In this document: positions 30,824 to 47,793 of the stretch, piece after piece
Numbering within the stretch: the first letter of the stretch is position 1
Layout of the letters: each line of letters opens with the position of its first letter
Source of the DNA: Eledone cirrhosa
Taxonomy: Eukaryota
DNA length: 64,000 nucleotides
NCBI GenBank assembly: GCA_964016885.1
Contig: OZ024762.1
Span: 23,622,001-23,686,000, forward strand
Reading direction: 5' to 3'
Made by a program: the position numbers and the translations under genes
Notes under the pieces: generated by a model
Seen by the model: only the letters and a program-made list of their open reading frames with translations
What the model was told of the DNA's origin: nothing
Database searches by the model: none

Positions 30824-32458
30824 GTGATACCAAAAGTCAAGCAACACGCCCGACTTAGCCTATGGATCAACACCCAGGAAGTAATCTCATGGTTCAGCAA
30901 TATGGAGGATAAACGAGACACTAAATTCATACAGTTCGACATAGAGAGCTACTATGCTTCAATCACCTTACCGCTACTTACTGCCGCCTTGGACTTCGCC
31001 GAAGCACTTGTGCCCATCACCGACCAGGAAAGAAAAATCATCCTCCACGCCAGGAAGACAGTCTTACTCTTTGACGACTCTAAATGGATAAAAAGAGCTC
31101 TCGACTCACCCTTCGACGTCAGCATGGGCGCCACGGATTCGGCGGAGGTCACAGATCTTATAGGATTATTCCTAATAGCCAAACTCACTGATATGTTTCC
31201 TGCATTCGGTGGTGGATTGTACCGTGGTGATGGGCTCCTTACCCTTAAAGGGTACAACCCCAGTAGTACAGATCGGGTCCGGAAACAATTAATCAGATTC
31301 TTCCGCGACTGGGGATTTAAAATAACCCTACAAACGTCCCTGACCCGAGTAAACTTCCTGGACGTGACCCTCGACCTCGAAAACGACCTGTACTACCCAT
31401 ACAGGAAACCTAATGACAATCTGCACTACATCCACCGCCGATCAAACCATCCTAGGAACATCACAAACAACCTGGTCAAAAACATCTCCCTCCGCATATC
31501 CCGTTTGTCAGCTAATGAGCGGATATTCGATGAACATGCGCCTTATTACAACCAGGCCCTCAAGCGGAGTGGTTTCCGGGAGGATATATCCTACTGTCCA
31601 GCTCCCATTAGCGGAACCAGCAGGAGACTCCGCCGCTCACGCAATGTAACATGGTTCAATCCTCCCCACAACGCAGAGGTGACAACTCCCATCGGGAAAC
31701 TATTCTTTAGGCTCATTGAAAAACACTTCCCATTACAACACCGCTACCACAACATAATTAACAAAAATACCATCAAACTCTCTTACAGCACTACACCAAA
31801 CTTCGCACAAAACATCGTCTCCTCTAACAACAAAAAACTCAACCCCGATGGCAGAAATAACCTAAATAGCAGTGGAGAACCGACCAGGAGGTGTAACTGT
31901 CCGGATAGATCCATTTGCCCACTCGACAATAGATGCAGAGACCGTAATGTGATCTACCAGTGCAACGTGAGGACGGATACCTCCAACAAAGCCTATATAG
32001 GACTTACCGCATGTGACTTCAAGACCCGGCTATACCAACATAGACATACCTTCCGAAACCCGGCCCGGCGTCACGCCACTACACTTTCGGGCCACATATG
32101 GGACCTCAAGGACAACAACATCACCTATGATCTCACTTGGAGATTACTGTCCAGAGCCAATTCTTACACGGGAGGACGCCGTCCGTGCAATTTATGCTCG
32201 GAGGAAACTTTACAAATGCTGTTTTCGACGGACCAACTCCTAAACAAGAAAGATGAACTGGTTACTGCATGTAAACATAGATTGCGTAGGACTTACCTCG
32301 CCCTCAAACCCTATAATGACCCGGGGGGGTATACTAGGGCTATAACACCCCACTTGCCGATTTTGCAATGGGTAACCCCTGCTTGCCAAGGGAGACGTAA
32401 GATCTTCTTTTTATTCTTTTATCGCTTCCTTTATTTCCTTCCCCCCTTCCCTCCTTAG
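30824..32458 (+). pseudogene. PLE reverse transcriptase + GIY-YIG endonuclease, N-terminally truncated, catalytic YxDD altered to YRGD
   Basis: FDIESYYASI, VSMGA, LYRGDGL, VNFLDVTL, WFNPP, KLSYS, CNC-x5-CPL-x3-C, VIYQC...AYIGLT...FKTRLYQH, CNLC...LLNK...CKH. Confidence 0.9.
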
Positions 32459-33440
32459 TCCTTCTACCCCAGCTCTTCTCCTTTGTCGGCGTCTTTTCTC
32501 GCCCACCCGAGGCTGCCCTTTGGCCCCTTGTAGCCTTAGTACCCCACCCCCTTCCCTAGTCTAGGATAGATCTGGCGGACTCCGCCTTTTATAGCAGTTG
32601 GTTTAGACCCCGGATACTTGCCCCCTTTTTCCGACCGCTCCCACTATTCTCCGTGCCTTCTATATTTCTTAGTGGCACTTATGCCTTATTTTCTCGTTTC
32701 AGTATTTCTTTCTTCGCTTTTCTTTTGGGCGGGGTGGATTCTGATTTTATTTTTCCGTATTCTACCTTTACTTCGTACGAACTTTCATGTAGCTTGTTTT
32801 AGATCTTTTAGAGTTAGCATTAGTATATATTTTTTCGGGACTCAGAATTTTTATCTCGTACTAGTTCACTTTGCTGCACTGGGTGGCTGCTGGCATTGTG
32901 CCCGGGATAGAAACCTTTATTATTTATTTCGTGGTAGTCTCTTTAGTATTTTGGCCCCATTTGTTGACCCGTCACCGTATCATTTACGTACTTATACCTC
33001 TTAAAAGGGTCCTTGCCTATACCGTCCCACCTAGTTCTTTTACTTATTTCGTTATTTCTTTATTTCTTTCTTTACTTCTTTCTTTCTTTATTTATTTATT
33101 TAGTCTAGCCTAACAGTAGCTAGAGACCTAGGTCGTAGAACTTGCTTTACTTTTTTCTTTACACTTATCCGCTTTTCTTCACTCTCACTATTTTTTCTTT
33201 CATATATATGTTTACCCCCATTGTTCTACCTACCGTTCCGACTTCCTCCCTTTCCCCCTCCCCAGTATCTTCTTTGACCTCATGCCCAGCTGTAGCTGGC
33301 ACTACCAACGCTTGATTGGGTCTACTCCACCCCCTCCCCTCTTTCTCCTACTGGCAGGTTTAGCCACCATCTCCCCTACTAATTTGCAATCACTGAATTA
33401 CTACTGATTTTTGACAATCACTTTGACCATATATGGAATT

Positions 33441-33555
33441 ACCCCTTGAGAAGATCGGCTATTTAAATACCAGGATAAATTTTCATTTAGTCCAGAATTA
33501 GCCGTCGAAACGGCTTGAGCTCAGCCGTCTCTTATAAGAAAAAAGAAGAAGGGGT
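33441..33555 (+). ncRNA. pLTR hammerhead (U3:A8 core) interrupted by a 21-nt insertion at the cleavage site
   Basis: ACCCC-TTGAGAA-...GGCTA...TAGCC..-GAAA-CGGCT tgagctc AGCCG-TC-[21 nt]-GGGGT. Confidence 0.75.
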
Positions 33556-33568
33556 CTTACTGGTTCCT

Positions 33569-34681
<1,113 letters not shown>

Positions 34682-35030
34682 TAATTATAATCTCCCCGTC
34701 TGACAGTTCACTTTCAAACAAGGCTCCCTCTGATAAGGATTTACTTTAACCGTAATAAATTCTTTGATACAACTTAATTACATTATAAGCCATATATATA
34801 TCTGACAATACAATCCTTTCTTATATTTAGACGTCCATTGACAAAATACCTTTATAGCAAAAGCTCTCTCTAGCAATGTTCACTCGAATCTAAGTTCTTT
34901 GACCACAACACTTCACTAATATCATAAGCTCTGTAACAATAATGAATTATATCATACGCCGTTCCATAATAATATTTGTCTATTCATTGCAATGTTGTTT
35001 GCACAGTCTGTCTGTATAAAATGTTTGACA

Positions 35031-35400
35031 GTCATTTCATAGTCGTAGTTTCGAATCCTTTTGATTTTCAGCCGCCAGCCTTTACATACAATTTGGGAGT
35101 CATTTCATAGTCGTAGTTTCGAATCCTTTTGATTTTCAGCCGTCTGTCGTTACATACAATTTGGGAGTCATTTCACAGTCGTAGTTTCGAATCCATTTGA
35201 TTTTCAGCTGTCTGCCCTTACATATAATTTGGGAGTCATTTCATTGTCGTAGTTTCGAATCCATTTGATTTTCAACCGTCTGCCCTTTCATATTATTTGG
35301 GAATTATTTCACTGTCGTAGTTTCGAATCCATTTGATTATCAGCCGTCTGCCCTTAATTCCTATATGGAATTCATTTCATAGTCGTAATTTCGTATCAAT
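35031..35400. repeat. 68-bp diverged minisatellite, ~5.5 units
   Basis: GTCATTTCATAGTCGTAGTTTCGAATCC recurs at 35031, 35099, 35167, 35235, ~35303 and ~35371. Confidence 0.9.
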
Positions 35401-35605
35401 TTGATCAGTTTTGAATCGCTTTTATATCCAGCCAGCTTCCCTTTCATGCTATATAATTTTGGGTTATTCAAATCTTGTTAAAATGACCAAGAAACGCCGT
35501 ATGTCAATACGACACCCCTACGACTCTATCATGAGTTAGGGACTATACATACATACATACATACATACATACATACATACATACATACATACATACATAC
35601 ATACA

Positions 35606-36212
35606 TGGTGGCTGCCAACTCAGTTTCGAGTACGGCCACTACTTTATATCCATGTAGGAGAACCCCTACCGATGCGCTGAACGAGTGTGGCTTTTTAGTC
35701 CAGCCAGCAACTTGAAAACTCTGGTACAAACACTACACTTGTGACAATTATTGACACATAGTGCTGGGCCCATGGTACCATGTGACGACAAGTTCAGAGA
35801 GATCTCCAGATATAAAGCAATGCCTGTGCCGTGAAGCTTTTATAGTGAGCAAAGGCACTGCACAAAGCCAGTCCCACTCTCTTAATCAAGATGATATTTA
35901 CCAAAAAGAAGAACAAGTCAACATCATTGGATAACATCAGAGTTGCACGTGTTATATCAGAGTTTTCCTTCTCCTAGAATGCTGCCTTGACAAAGGCTAA
36001 GGGGTCATCTCACCCGGTGATTTTGGATGGCCATTGACTCTTAAGAGCTCTTTTCCATTTGACAGGTTTTGTTTTTAGTCCTGCAGGATGTCGAAAGTCA
36101 CCCTCCTAACCAAGAAACCTTGGTGGGGTTGCCAGTTTAGTCGCCAACGACCCAACGATGAGACAGGTTGTACTGGGATACATGTTACCAGTAGCACCAA
36201 CTGGTGACCTGA
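35606..36212 (-). mobile_element. RTE-derived non-autonomous element, full copy
   Basis: Reverse complement of 14788-15386; CATA repeats at both ends. Confidence 0.8.
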
Positions 36213-36236
36213 CATATGCATATATACATACATACA

Positions 36237-36716
36237 TGGTGGCTGCCAACTCGTTTTCGAGTACGGCCACTACTTTATATCCATGTAGGAGAACCCCTAC
36301 CGATGCGCTGAACGAGTGTGACTTTTTAGTCCAGCCAGCGACTTGAATACTCTGGTACAAACACTACACTTGTGACAATTATTGACACATAGTGCTGGGC
36401 CCAATGTACCATGTGACGACAAGTGCAGAGAGATCTCCAGCTATAAAGCAATGCCTGTGTCGTGAAGGACTAAAATCAAAACCTGTCAAAGGGCGAAGGA
36501 GCTCTTAAGAGTCAATGGCCATCCCAAATCACCGGGAGAGATGACCCCTTAGCCTTTGTCAAGGCAGAATTCTAGGAGAAGGAAAACTCTGATCTAACAC
36601 CTGCAACCCTGATGGTATCCAATGATGTTGACTTGTTCTTCTTTTTGGTAAATATCATCTTGGTTAAGAGAGTGGGACTGGCTTTGTGCAGTGCCTTTGT
36701 TCACTATAAAGCCTTC
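36237..36716 (-). mobile_element. RTE-derived non-autonomous element with 5' inversion
   Basis: 36237-36466 is the 3' part (minus); 36466-36716 is the adjoining upstream part in opposite orientation. Confidence 0.8.
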
Positions 36717-36735
36717 ACATACATACATACATACA

Positions 36736-36769
<34 letters not shown>

Positions 36770-36842
36770 CATACATACATACATACATACATACATACAT
36801 ACATACATACATACATACATACATACATACATACATACATAC

Positions 36843-39479
<2,637 letters not shown>

Positions 39480-39553
39480 ATACATACATACATACATACA
39501 TACATACATACATACATACATACATACATACATACATACATACATACATACAT

Positions 39554-40187
39554 GATGATTGTTGCAAACTTTTCTAAGAATATTGCAATCACTCGTCAGA
39601 TTATAGAGTTTGGTGCACTTTTAAGCTACGGTCAGCCACACAAACCTGTAACAGACCCTGAACAAGCAATGCCTGTGTTTTGAAGGTTTTTTAAGTGGGG
39701 AAAGGCTTTGCAGTCGACCAATCCCACTCTCTGAGCATCAACAACACTACCCGAAAAGGAGAACTGGTCAACATCACCGGATGCTTCCGAAGCTGCAGGT
39801 ATTTTTTTTTTTTCAGAGTTTCCCTCTCATAGAAAGGTGTTGCGACAACAACTGGGGGCCTTTTCCTCGTATACATTAAAACATACATGATGGCTGCAAA
39901 CTCTGCTAAGAGTATTGCAATCGCTTGTCAGATTATAGAGTTTGGTGCACGTTTAGGCTACGGCCAGCCACACAAACCTGTAACATATCCTGAAACAATG
40001 CTTGTGTTTTGAAGGTTTTTTAAGTAGGGGAAGGCCTTGTACTCGACCATCCCACTCTCTGAACATAGAAAACAACACTACCCGAAAAGGAGAACTGGAT
40101 ATTTCCAAAGCTGCAGGGTTTTTATTTTTTTTTCACTACTTCCCTCTCCTAGAAAGGTGTTGTGACAACAACTGGGGGCCTTTTCGT
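39554..40187 (-). mobile_element. Two tandem, shorter, diverged relatives (~300 bp) of the RTE-derived element
   Basis: 39554-39870 resembles 39888-40187; share GCAATGCCTGTG, TCCCACTCTC, GTCAACATCA and CAGAGTTTCCCTCTC blocks with the 600-bp family; CATA-flanked. Confidence 0.6.
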
Positions 40188-40784
40188 CACATACATATAT
40201 ACATATATACATATATACATACACATATATATATATATATAGATATATATATATGCATATATACATACATACATAAATACAAGAGATAATGAACTACAAC
40301 AGGCGTATGATAACTGTCATAAGTATGAGCGGTCGTTAACCGAATTCGTTGTTGTCGTATACACAAACAATTGATAAACAAAGCATGATCGCCTTTGATC
40401 ATTGAACTTCTAGATCAGAGCTAGCATTCGGCATCAGCAATAAACAACAACAAGAGCAACAACAAGAGCAACATCTAAAGATACTCCAGTGTTTCTGATA
40501 ATATCAATTCTATGAGTAATATGGAATTCTATATCTCCTCCAAGTCAAGCTATTATTTATCGTGCTATTTCACATTTCTAAAAACCTTGTTTCATATAAT
40601 CCGCCATTGAAAGGATAACAGAGGGTTTGGCTGTCATTTAATATAATGTGTGTTGTGTGTGGGAGAGAGTGTGTGAGCGTGTGTCTTTTGAGTGTGTGTG
40701 CGCGGGGGGGGGGTCGTATATATATATACATATACATATATATATACATGTATATATATTATATTATATATTACACATACACAC

Positions 40785-40896
<112 letters not shown>

Positions 40897-40899
40897 ATA

Positions 40900-40971
<72 letters not shown>

Positions 40972-41033
40972 TTATATATTATATATTATATATATATATA
41001 TATACGTGCATGTGTGTGTATGTATATATATAC

Positions 41034-41076
<43 letters not shown>

Positions 41077-41626
41077 CATATAATGGCAAGTCCTCTTCTT
41101 CCTTAGTGTCATCCTAATAAGATATCGTGGTTTTGTTGAACTCTATATATGTGTGTGTCTGTGTGTGTCTGTATGCATAGGTGTGAACATATATATATAT
41201 ATACAACACACATATACACACACACACAGACACACACACACATATATATATACACACATATATATATATATATATATAATGGCGATATATTTTGTGAATA
41301 TACAAGATATACAAACGAGAGAAAAGACCAGTCAACACAATGTAAAAGTGGAGAATGCTAACATACATGCACTTCTACATACACACACATGCGTACACAT
41401 ATACACTCATACACACCAATACATATACACACACATACACACATACATATACACACATATACACACACACATACACAGAGACTCATTGGATCCATGAATT
41501 ATATAGATATTATATATAGATATTATATATCGGCTCATTCCTGGATTCATACATTCTATTAACGGACTCAATATAAAACCAATAGTGAAAAAAGAATTGT
41601 ATATCGATTCCTAGAGGTATATATAT

Positions 41627-41804
41627 ATAGGAAAAGAGTCTGCACCCCAACGGCTGAGCTCCGGCGTTTCGACAGCTTGATCCGAAACGGCCAGAGCTCA
41701 GCCGTCGGGGTCCTGACTCTTTTGCTATTACCCACTCTACTAACCTAAGTATCGAGTACTCTGGTGCGTTATGGTCCACCTGGTTTCTTACCACACCCTC
41801 TTTG

Positions 41805-41806
<2 letters not shown>
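41627..41806. mobile_element. Diverged family B hairpin derivative
   Basis: Inverted short arm plus sense arm GAAACGGCCAGAGCTCAGCCGTCGGGGTC and tail. Confidence 0.8.
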
Positions 41807-41858
<52 letters not shown>

Positions 41859-41884
41859 TGTGATCTTGTCCCTATTTTGTACTC

Positions 41885-41912
41885 CTGAAGACGGGCGGAA
41901 GCCCGACACGTC
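41885..41912 (+). ncRNA. Degenerate hammerhead core (GAAA>GACA)
   Basis: CTGAAGA-c-GGGC ggaa GCCC-GACA-CG-TC. Confidence 0.4.
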
Positions 41913-42024
41913 AAACTTTCTTTCCCCTTTTCCATATAAAGTGTGAAACTAATAAGACCTTTTCTACCTCTATTTGCTACTTTTTTTAAATTATACACAC
42001 ACACGCGCGCATATATATATATAT

Positions 42025-42432
42025 ATATGAAGATAGACATAGAATATTCGAAAATATTCTGTATGTTTATAATAAACATTTTGAAGACCTAATCGCTATA
42101 GAATAGAATACGTCACGTATTACAATTAGATTCTCGATAAAAGCAAGGGAAGTAACCTACGCGTTTCATTCTTATTAGAAATCTTCAGGATTACATATCC
42201 AGTGCTTTTATCGAGAATGACACAGCTAGAGACTTATAGAATACTTAGCTGTGTACAGGAACTGGTTTGAAAGAGCGGTTGCTTTTATCGAGAATCTAAT
42301 TGTAATACGTGACGTATTCTATTCTATAGCGATTAGGTCTTCAAAATGTTTATTATAAACATACAGAATATTTTCGAATATTCTATGTCTATCTTCACAT
42401 ATATATCGCTATTTCAGAGCATTTAATCCAAT
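42025..42432. mobile_element. Inverted-repeat PLE-terminus element
   Basis: ~42025-42146 inverted against ~42279-42403, plus a short tail. Confidence 0.7.
42152..42194 (-). ncRNA. Canonical minimal type I hammerhead
   Basis: Minus strand: GTAATC-CTGAAGA-tTTCT aata AGAAt-GAAA-CGCG-TA-GGTTAC. Confidence 0.75.
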
Positions 42433-42450
42433 ATATATATATATATATAT

Positions 42451-43008
42451 AAAATATTTAAAAAATAATGAATAAAACAATGAAACAGTTCCTTATATTA
42501 AACAAAAAAAGTTCATTATTTAACGATCGTTTCTGGGATATATATGTGTTAGAATTGGCATGTATATTTAACAGATCTATGTACAAAATTATACAAAATT
42601 ATACAAACTATCAAAATTAAATATACATACCAACTCATATATATGCCGTCTTCAGAAATAATTATTTCTGAAGACGGCATATATATGAGTTGGTATGTAT
42701 ATTTAATTTTGATAGTTTGTATAATTTTGTATAATTTTGTACATAGATCTGTTAAATATACATGCCAATTCTAACACATATATATCCCAGAAACGATCAT
42801 TAAATAATGAACTTTTTTTGTTTAATATAAGGAACTGTTTCATTGTTTTATTCATTATTTTTTTAATATTTTATCTTGACTCTGTATTCCGTTTATCTTT
42901 CACCGAAAGTGATTTTTCATTGCATCTCTTCTTTCCATGATATCCGGATTACATTGAGTTCTTCATACGGATTGGACACTACCGTAAACTCTTGGTAGAT
43001 TTATCTAC
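42451..43008. mobile_element. Spacerless ~420-bp palindrome plus tail (family D) with a hammerhead in each arm
   Basis: 42451-42660 mirrors 42661-42872; homologues at 50830-51011 and 56013-56357. Confidence 0.8.
42661..42808 (+). ncRNA. Type I hammerhead with 115-nt stem II region
   Basis: ATTATTT-CTGAAGA-...-GAAA-CGATC(G/A)-TT-AAATAAT; 7-bp stem I; palindromic loop III in the mirror arm. Confidence 0.65.
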
Positions 43009-43031
43009 ATATATATATATATATGTATATA

Positions 43032-43071
<40 letters not shown>

Positions 43072-43077
43072 TATATA

Positions 43078-43157
<80 letters not shown>

Positions 43158-43340
43158 TATATAATATAATATATATATATATATATATATAAGCGCTAGT
43201 TTCGATTATTTGTCGGAGATTCCTTCATAGAAGCCTCATTCGTATAGCCTGGTCTATTCGATTTTTTTATATAGTTAATTATGCTAATTGGGAAAGGAAA
43301 TAGTATATATTTTATCTTGTGATTCTATAGACATGTTTTA

Positions 43341-43405
<65 letters not shown>

Positions 43406-43906
43406 TCGTATTTCGGCTATTGGAAATTAGCGAAAAACAACTTCCGAGATGTGTGGCAAGCGCTCAATAGATTCTAACGAACCAGAGCTACAGCATACGT
43501 TAAAAGGCCAAACACACTGAGACGATGGTTCAACCATTATGCGCACAGCCATAGAAACGACCAAGTAATTCGGGTCAAACAAATAAAAAAAGTGATTGAA
43601 AAATTTACCCGGACCCCTGGATGGTTGGTAAAATCCAGCATTTGGGTTTCTGCGACTCCTAAATCAAGTACTGTCCGCTTAGACAAATAATGTTAAGCTT
43701 TTGGTAAGATGATTGAACGAGGGCGTCACTTTCTCAACAGGTTTTAGTTCAAGTGCCAGGCCAAGGATTGACCGTTATCAATACCCACGTGGGGCTCGGC
43801 AAGGGAGCTAACCCTTATTTTTTTGCGGAAGAATTCAGTGTGTAATATTGCAATATATATATATATCCACTGACTCATATGTACATACCTGCATACCTCC
43901 ACACGC

Positions 43907-43945
<39 letters not shown>

Positions 43946-44384
43946 TTCCAATGGCAAATGTGCTGACTAAACGTACACTAACATACATATATACACTCTC
44001 ACATACATACTTACATAACTACATACATACATATATATATATATACAAATACATGTATCATATGTCTAAATCACACAATCATTTATATAGATCGTAATAG
44101 TTTCTTCACAACCTTACACAACCTTCAACGTTACACAACTCTGCAGGGAGTGAAAAGTTAAGTTTCTTGACGGAAGAAGTATTTTTATTTAAAAACCAGC
44201 TTGAAATGTTTAATCTACTTAACGAAATACCATGACAGAACGGATTTTCACCCACCACCCCCTCTCATCACCCTCACCTGCTCCAATCCCTGCCCCTTCC
44301 ATTGCCGAAACCCCACCTGCCTCGCCGCCTTAAAAAAATCCGTCAACCTTTTTCAATGCATCTACGTATTTTTGTTGATCTTTT

Positions 44385-44934
44385 TGTGGTGGTGATGATG
44401 TTGGTGGTGGTGTTGGTGGTGGTGTTGGTGGTGTTGGATGTGTTGGTGGTGGTAGTGGTGGTAGTAGTAGTGGTGCTGGTGGTGGTGGTAGTAGTGGGGG
44501 GGTGATAGTAGTGGTGGTGGTGATGGTTGTGATGGTGATGGTGGTGGTTGTGGTAGTGGTGGTAGTGGTGGTAGTAGTGGTGGTGTTGGTGGTGGTGGTA
44601 GTAGTGGTGGTGGGATGGGGTGGGGGTGATAGTAGTGGTGGTGGTGGTGATGGTTGTGATGGTGGTGGTGGTGTTGGTGGTGGTAATGATGGTGGTGGTG
44701 GGCTTTTTTGTGTTATTCCGACAAGATTAGGTGTTTCTAAGTTTGTATGTGTGTGTGTGTGTGTGTGTAAATTTATAAATATATATATATATATGTGCGT
44801 GTGTGTGAGTGTGTGTTGTGTTGTTGCTGCTGTTGTCGTTGCTGTTGTGGTGGTTGTTGTTGTCACTGTTGTTGTTGCTATATTGTTATTGTTGCTGATC
44901 CTGTTGGTTTGGTTGTTGTTGTTACTATTGTTGC

Positions 44935-44983
<49 letters not shown>

Positions 44984-45312
44984 GCTATTGCTGCTGTTGC
45001 TGTTGATGTTGTTGTTGTTGTTATTGTTGTTATTGCTATTGTTGTTGCTATTGCTGCTGTTGTTGTTGTTGTTATTGTTGTTATTGCTATTGTTGTTGCT
45101 ATTGTTGCTGTTGCTATTGTTGCTGTTGTTGTTGTTGTTATTGCTATTGTTGTTGCTATTGTTGCTGTTGTTGTTGTTGTTGTTGTTGTTATTATTGCTA
45201 TTGTTGTTGCTATTGCTGCTGTTGCTATTGTTGCTGTTGTTGTTGTTATTGTTGTTACTGCTGTTTCTGTTGCTATTGTTACTGCTACTGTTGTTGTTAT
45301 TGTTGCTGTTGC

Positions 45313-45351
<39 letters not shown>

Positions 45352-45352
45352 C
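44385..45352. repeat. (GGT)n and (GTT/GCT)n trinucleotide repeats
   Basis: Direct reading. Confidence 0.95.
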
Positions 45353-45550
45353 TTTAACATGAAATCGCTTAACTCCTCCTGCTGGAAGGAGAAAGCACAG
45401 AAAACGTTTTTCCACGAGTTTTCAATGAAAAGTTTTGATAATGTTTTTTTTTTATTTTATATTTTACTTATTTATTTATTCATTTATTTATTTATTTATT
45501 TGCGATTAAGCTTTCGATATTGTTGTATATACACTAATGTGTATACAATA

Positions 45551-45624
<74 letters not shown>

Positions 45625-45648
45625 ATATACACTAATGTGTATACAATA

Positions 45649-45694
<46 letters not shown>

Positions 45695-45712
45695 ATATAC
45701 ACTAATGTGTAT

Positions 45713-45847
<135 letters not shown>

Positions 45848-45856
45848 TATATATAC

Positions 45857-45888
<32 letters not shown>

Positions 45889-45905
45889 CACTATATATGT
45901 GTGCG

Positions 45906-45961
<56 letters not shown>

Positions 45962-46092
45962 CATGCATGTGTATATATGCATGTGTATATATATGTGTGT
46001 GTGTGTAGTGATGATATAATGCATAAATGTTGTGTGTGTATGCTGTGGTTTTATACATTTTTCTCATCTGAACACTTAAATACATCATAAAC

Positions 46093-46200
<108 letters not shown>

Positions 46201-46302
46201 AGTAGTTTGTGTTGACATGTTGGATGGATTTGAAGGAATTCTTTTTAAAGAGTTAACTCGGAATAAAATGTGCATGTACATATATATCTATATCTATCTA
46301 TC

Positions 46303-46333
<31 letters not shown>

Positions 46334-46633
46334 ACGTATGTATATATGTATATGTGTACGCATGAGTGTGTATATGTATGTATGTTCGTACGTATGTACG
46401 TATGTATACATGCATGCATGCATGTATTTATATAGATTTATGCATGTATCTGTATGTATATATATGTATGTATGTTTTTATGTATATATATGTATGTATG
46501 TATCTATGTATGTATTTGTATGTATGTACGTATGTGTCGTTTGGTTCGATGTGTAGATGGTGAGGTAGATTGATACCTGCATATATCTGGGGAATGGATT
46601 GATGGAGGGAAGGTCCTATTGATTGATCAGGTG

Positions 46634-46711
<78 letters not shown>

Positions 46712-46712
<1 letters not shown>

Positions 46713-46851
46713 TTCTTTATTTGCCACTAGGGCACAAGAGAAAGGGACAAATACACAGGGGGGAGTTTACATAAATGCGAGTAAAGAAAAAGGCATAACA
46801 ATAAGAATAATATAATAATAAAAGTCCTCAAAAGGGAGGGGGCGTGTTGGG

Positions 46852-46911
<60 letters not shown>

Positions 46912-47616
46912 TGTTTCTTTATTAGCCACAGGGCCACAAAAGAAGGGGTTAAATACAAAGGGGAAGTTTACATACAATAAAAACGTGTAAAATACTATCA
47001 CAAATGTAATTTTAAAAAATTAGTCGATTTTCCCCAATAGGGGGAGACAGTTCATATGGGTAACACATACCCCCGGAAAAATGTTCAACCCTCATCTCCA
47101 GGAGTATGAAGAGTTTGTACTCCTTTCCTCTCCTCCTCCTTTTCCTCAACCTACAGGCTGATATAGAGAGAAGGCCCATTCACGCGGGCCATTCTCGCCA
47201 CTTTCACCCACCTTTCATAAAACTTGCTGGGGTACAGCACCTCTCTCTCCATCCTGATTCTTCTTCCAAAGTGGTATTTGAAAAAAAGAATCAGTTGTTG
47301 GCGGAGAGAAAGGTGTCTGACCTCAGCCCTTTTAACCTCGTCCACCATACAACCTCTTTTGCCATAGCTATCACACAAAGGAAAACCGCCTGTCCATCGT
47401 TTTTGAAGGAGGGTGGCGGTTTGATCATGACAATGGACTCGGTGGTCAACCGGATTGGTCCCACCCGCGACAATAGTCGTTCTACATAGCCCCACAGGAC
47501 AGTGACGCCCGGGCAGTGTATGAATGCGTGCGTGACGGTTTCTTCGTCTCGCACACACCTCGGACAGATCTTTTTTGCAGGGTCCCTTCCCGGGCGCCCA
47601 TGTCTGTAGAGCTTAT
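46712..47616 (-). mobile_element. Tx1/L1-like LINE 3' fragment, plus a second short 3' end, bounded by (GATA)n
   Basis: Minus strand CPRCVRDEETVTHAFIHC knuckle...LW...AKEVVWWTR; both 3' ends GTGGC(T/A)AATAAAGAAA run into (TATC)n. Confidence 0.75.
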
Positions 47617-47722
47617 ATAGACAGATAGATAGATAGGACCCGCTTCCTGCTATTTCAAGCGTTAAACTAATATATTCCTTCCATATACTGTATCGATTGT
47701 GTTGTTATTTCTGTTTACCTTT

Positions 47723-47790
<68 letters not shown>

Positions 47791-47793
<3 letters not shown>

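Larger units (their letters stand above)
30726..33568 (+). mobile_element. 5'-truncated Penelope-like retroelement (Naiad-like) with inverted 5' terminal copy and 3' pLTR hammerhead, inserted in (TA)n
   Basis: RT+GIY-YIG ORF; ~1.1-kb pyrimidine-rich 3' UTR; 30726-30821 is the reverse complement of the pLTR end/tail; (TA)n on both sides. Confidence 0.9.

Noticed and set aside
43190-43250. Hammerhead-like GAAA-CTAG on minus strand
   Set aside because: Core box and stems too degenerate
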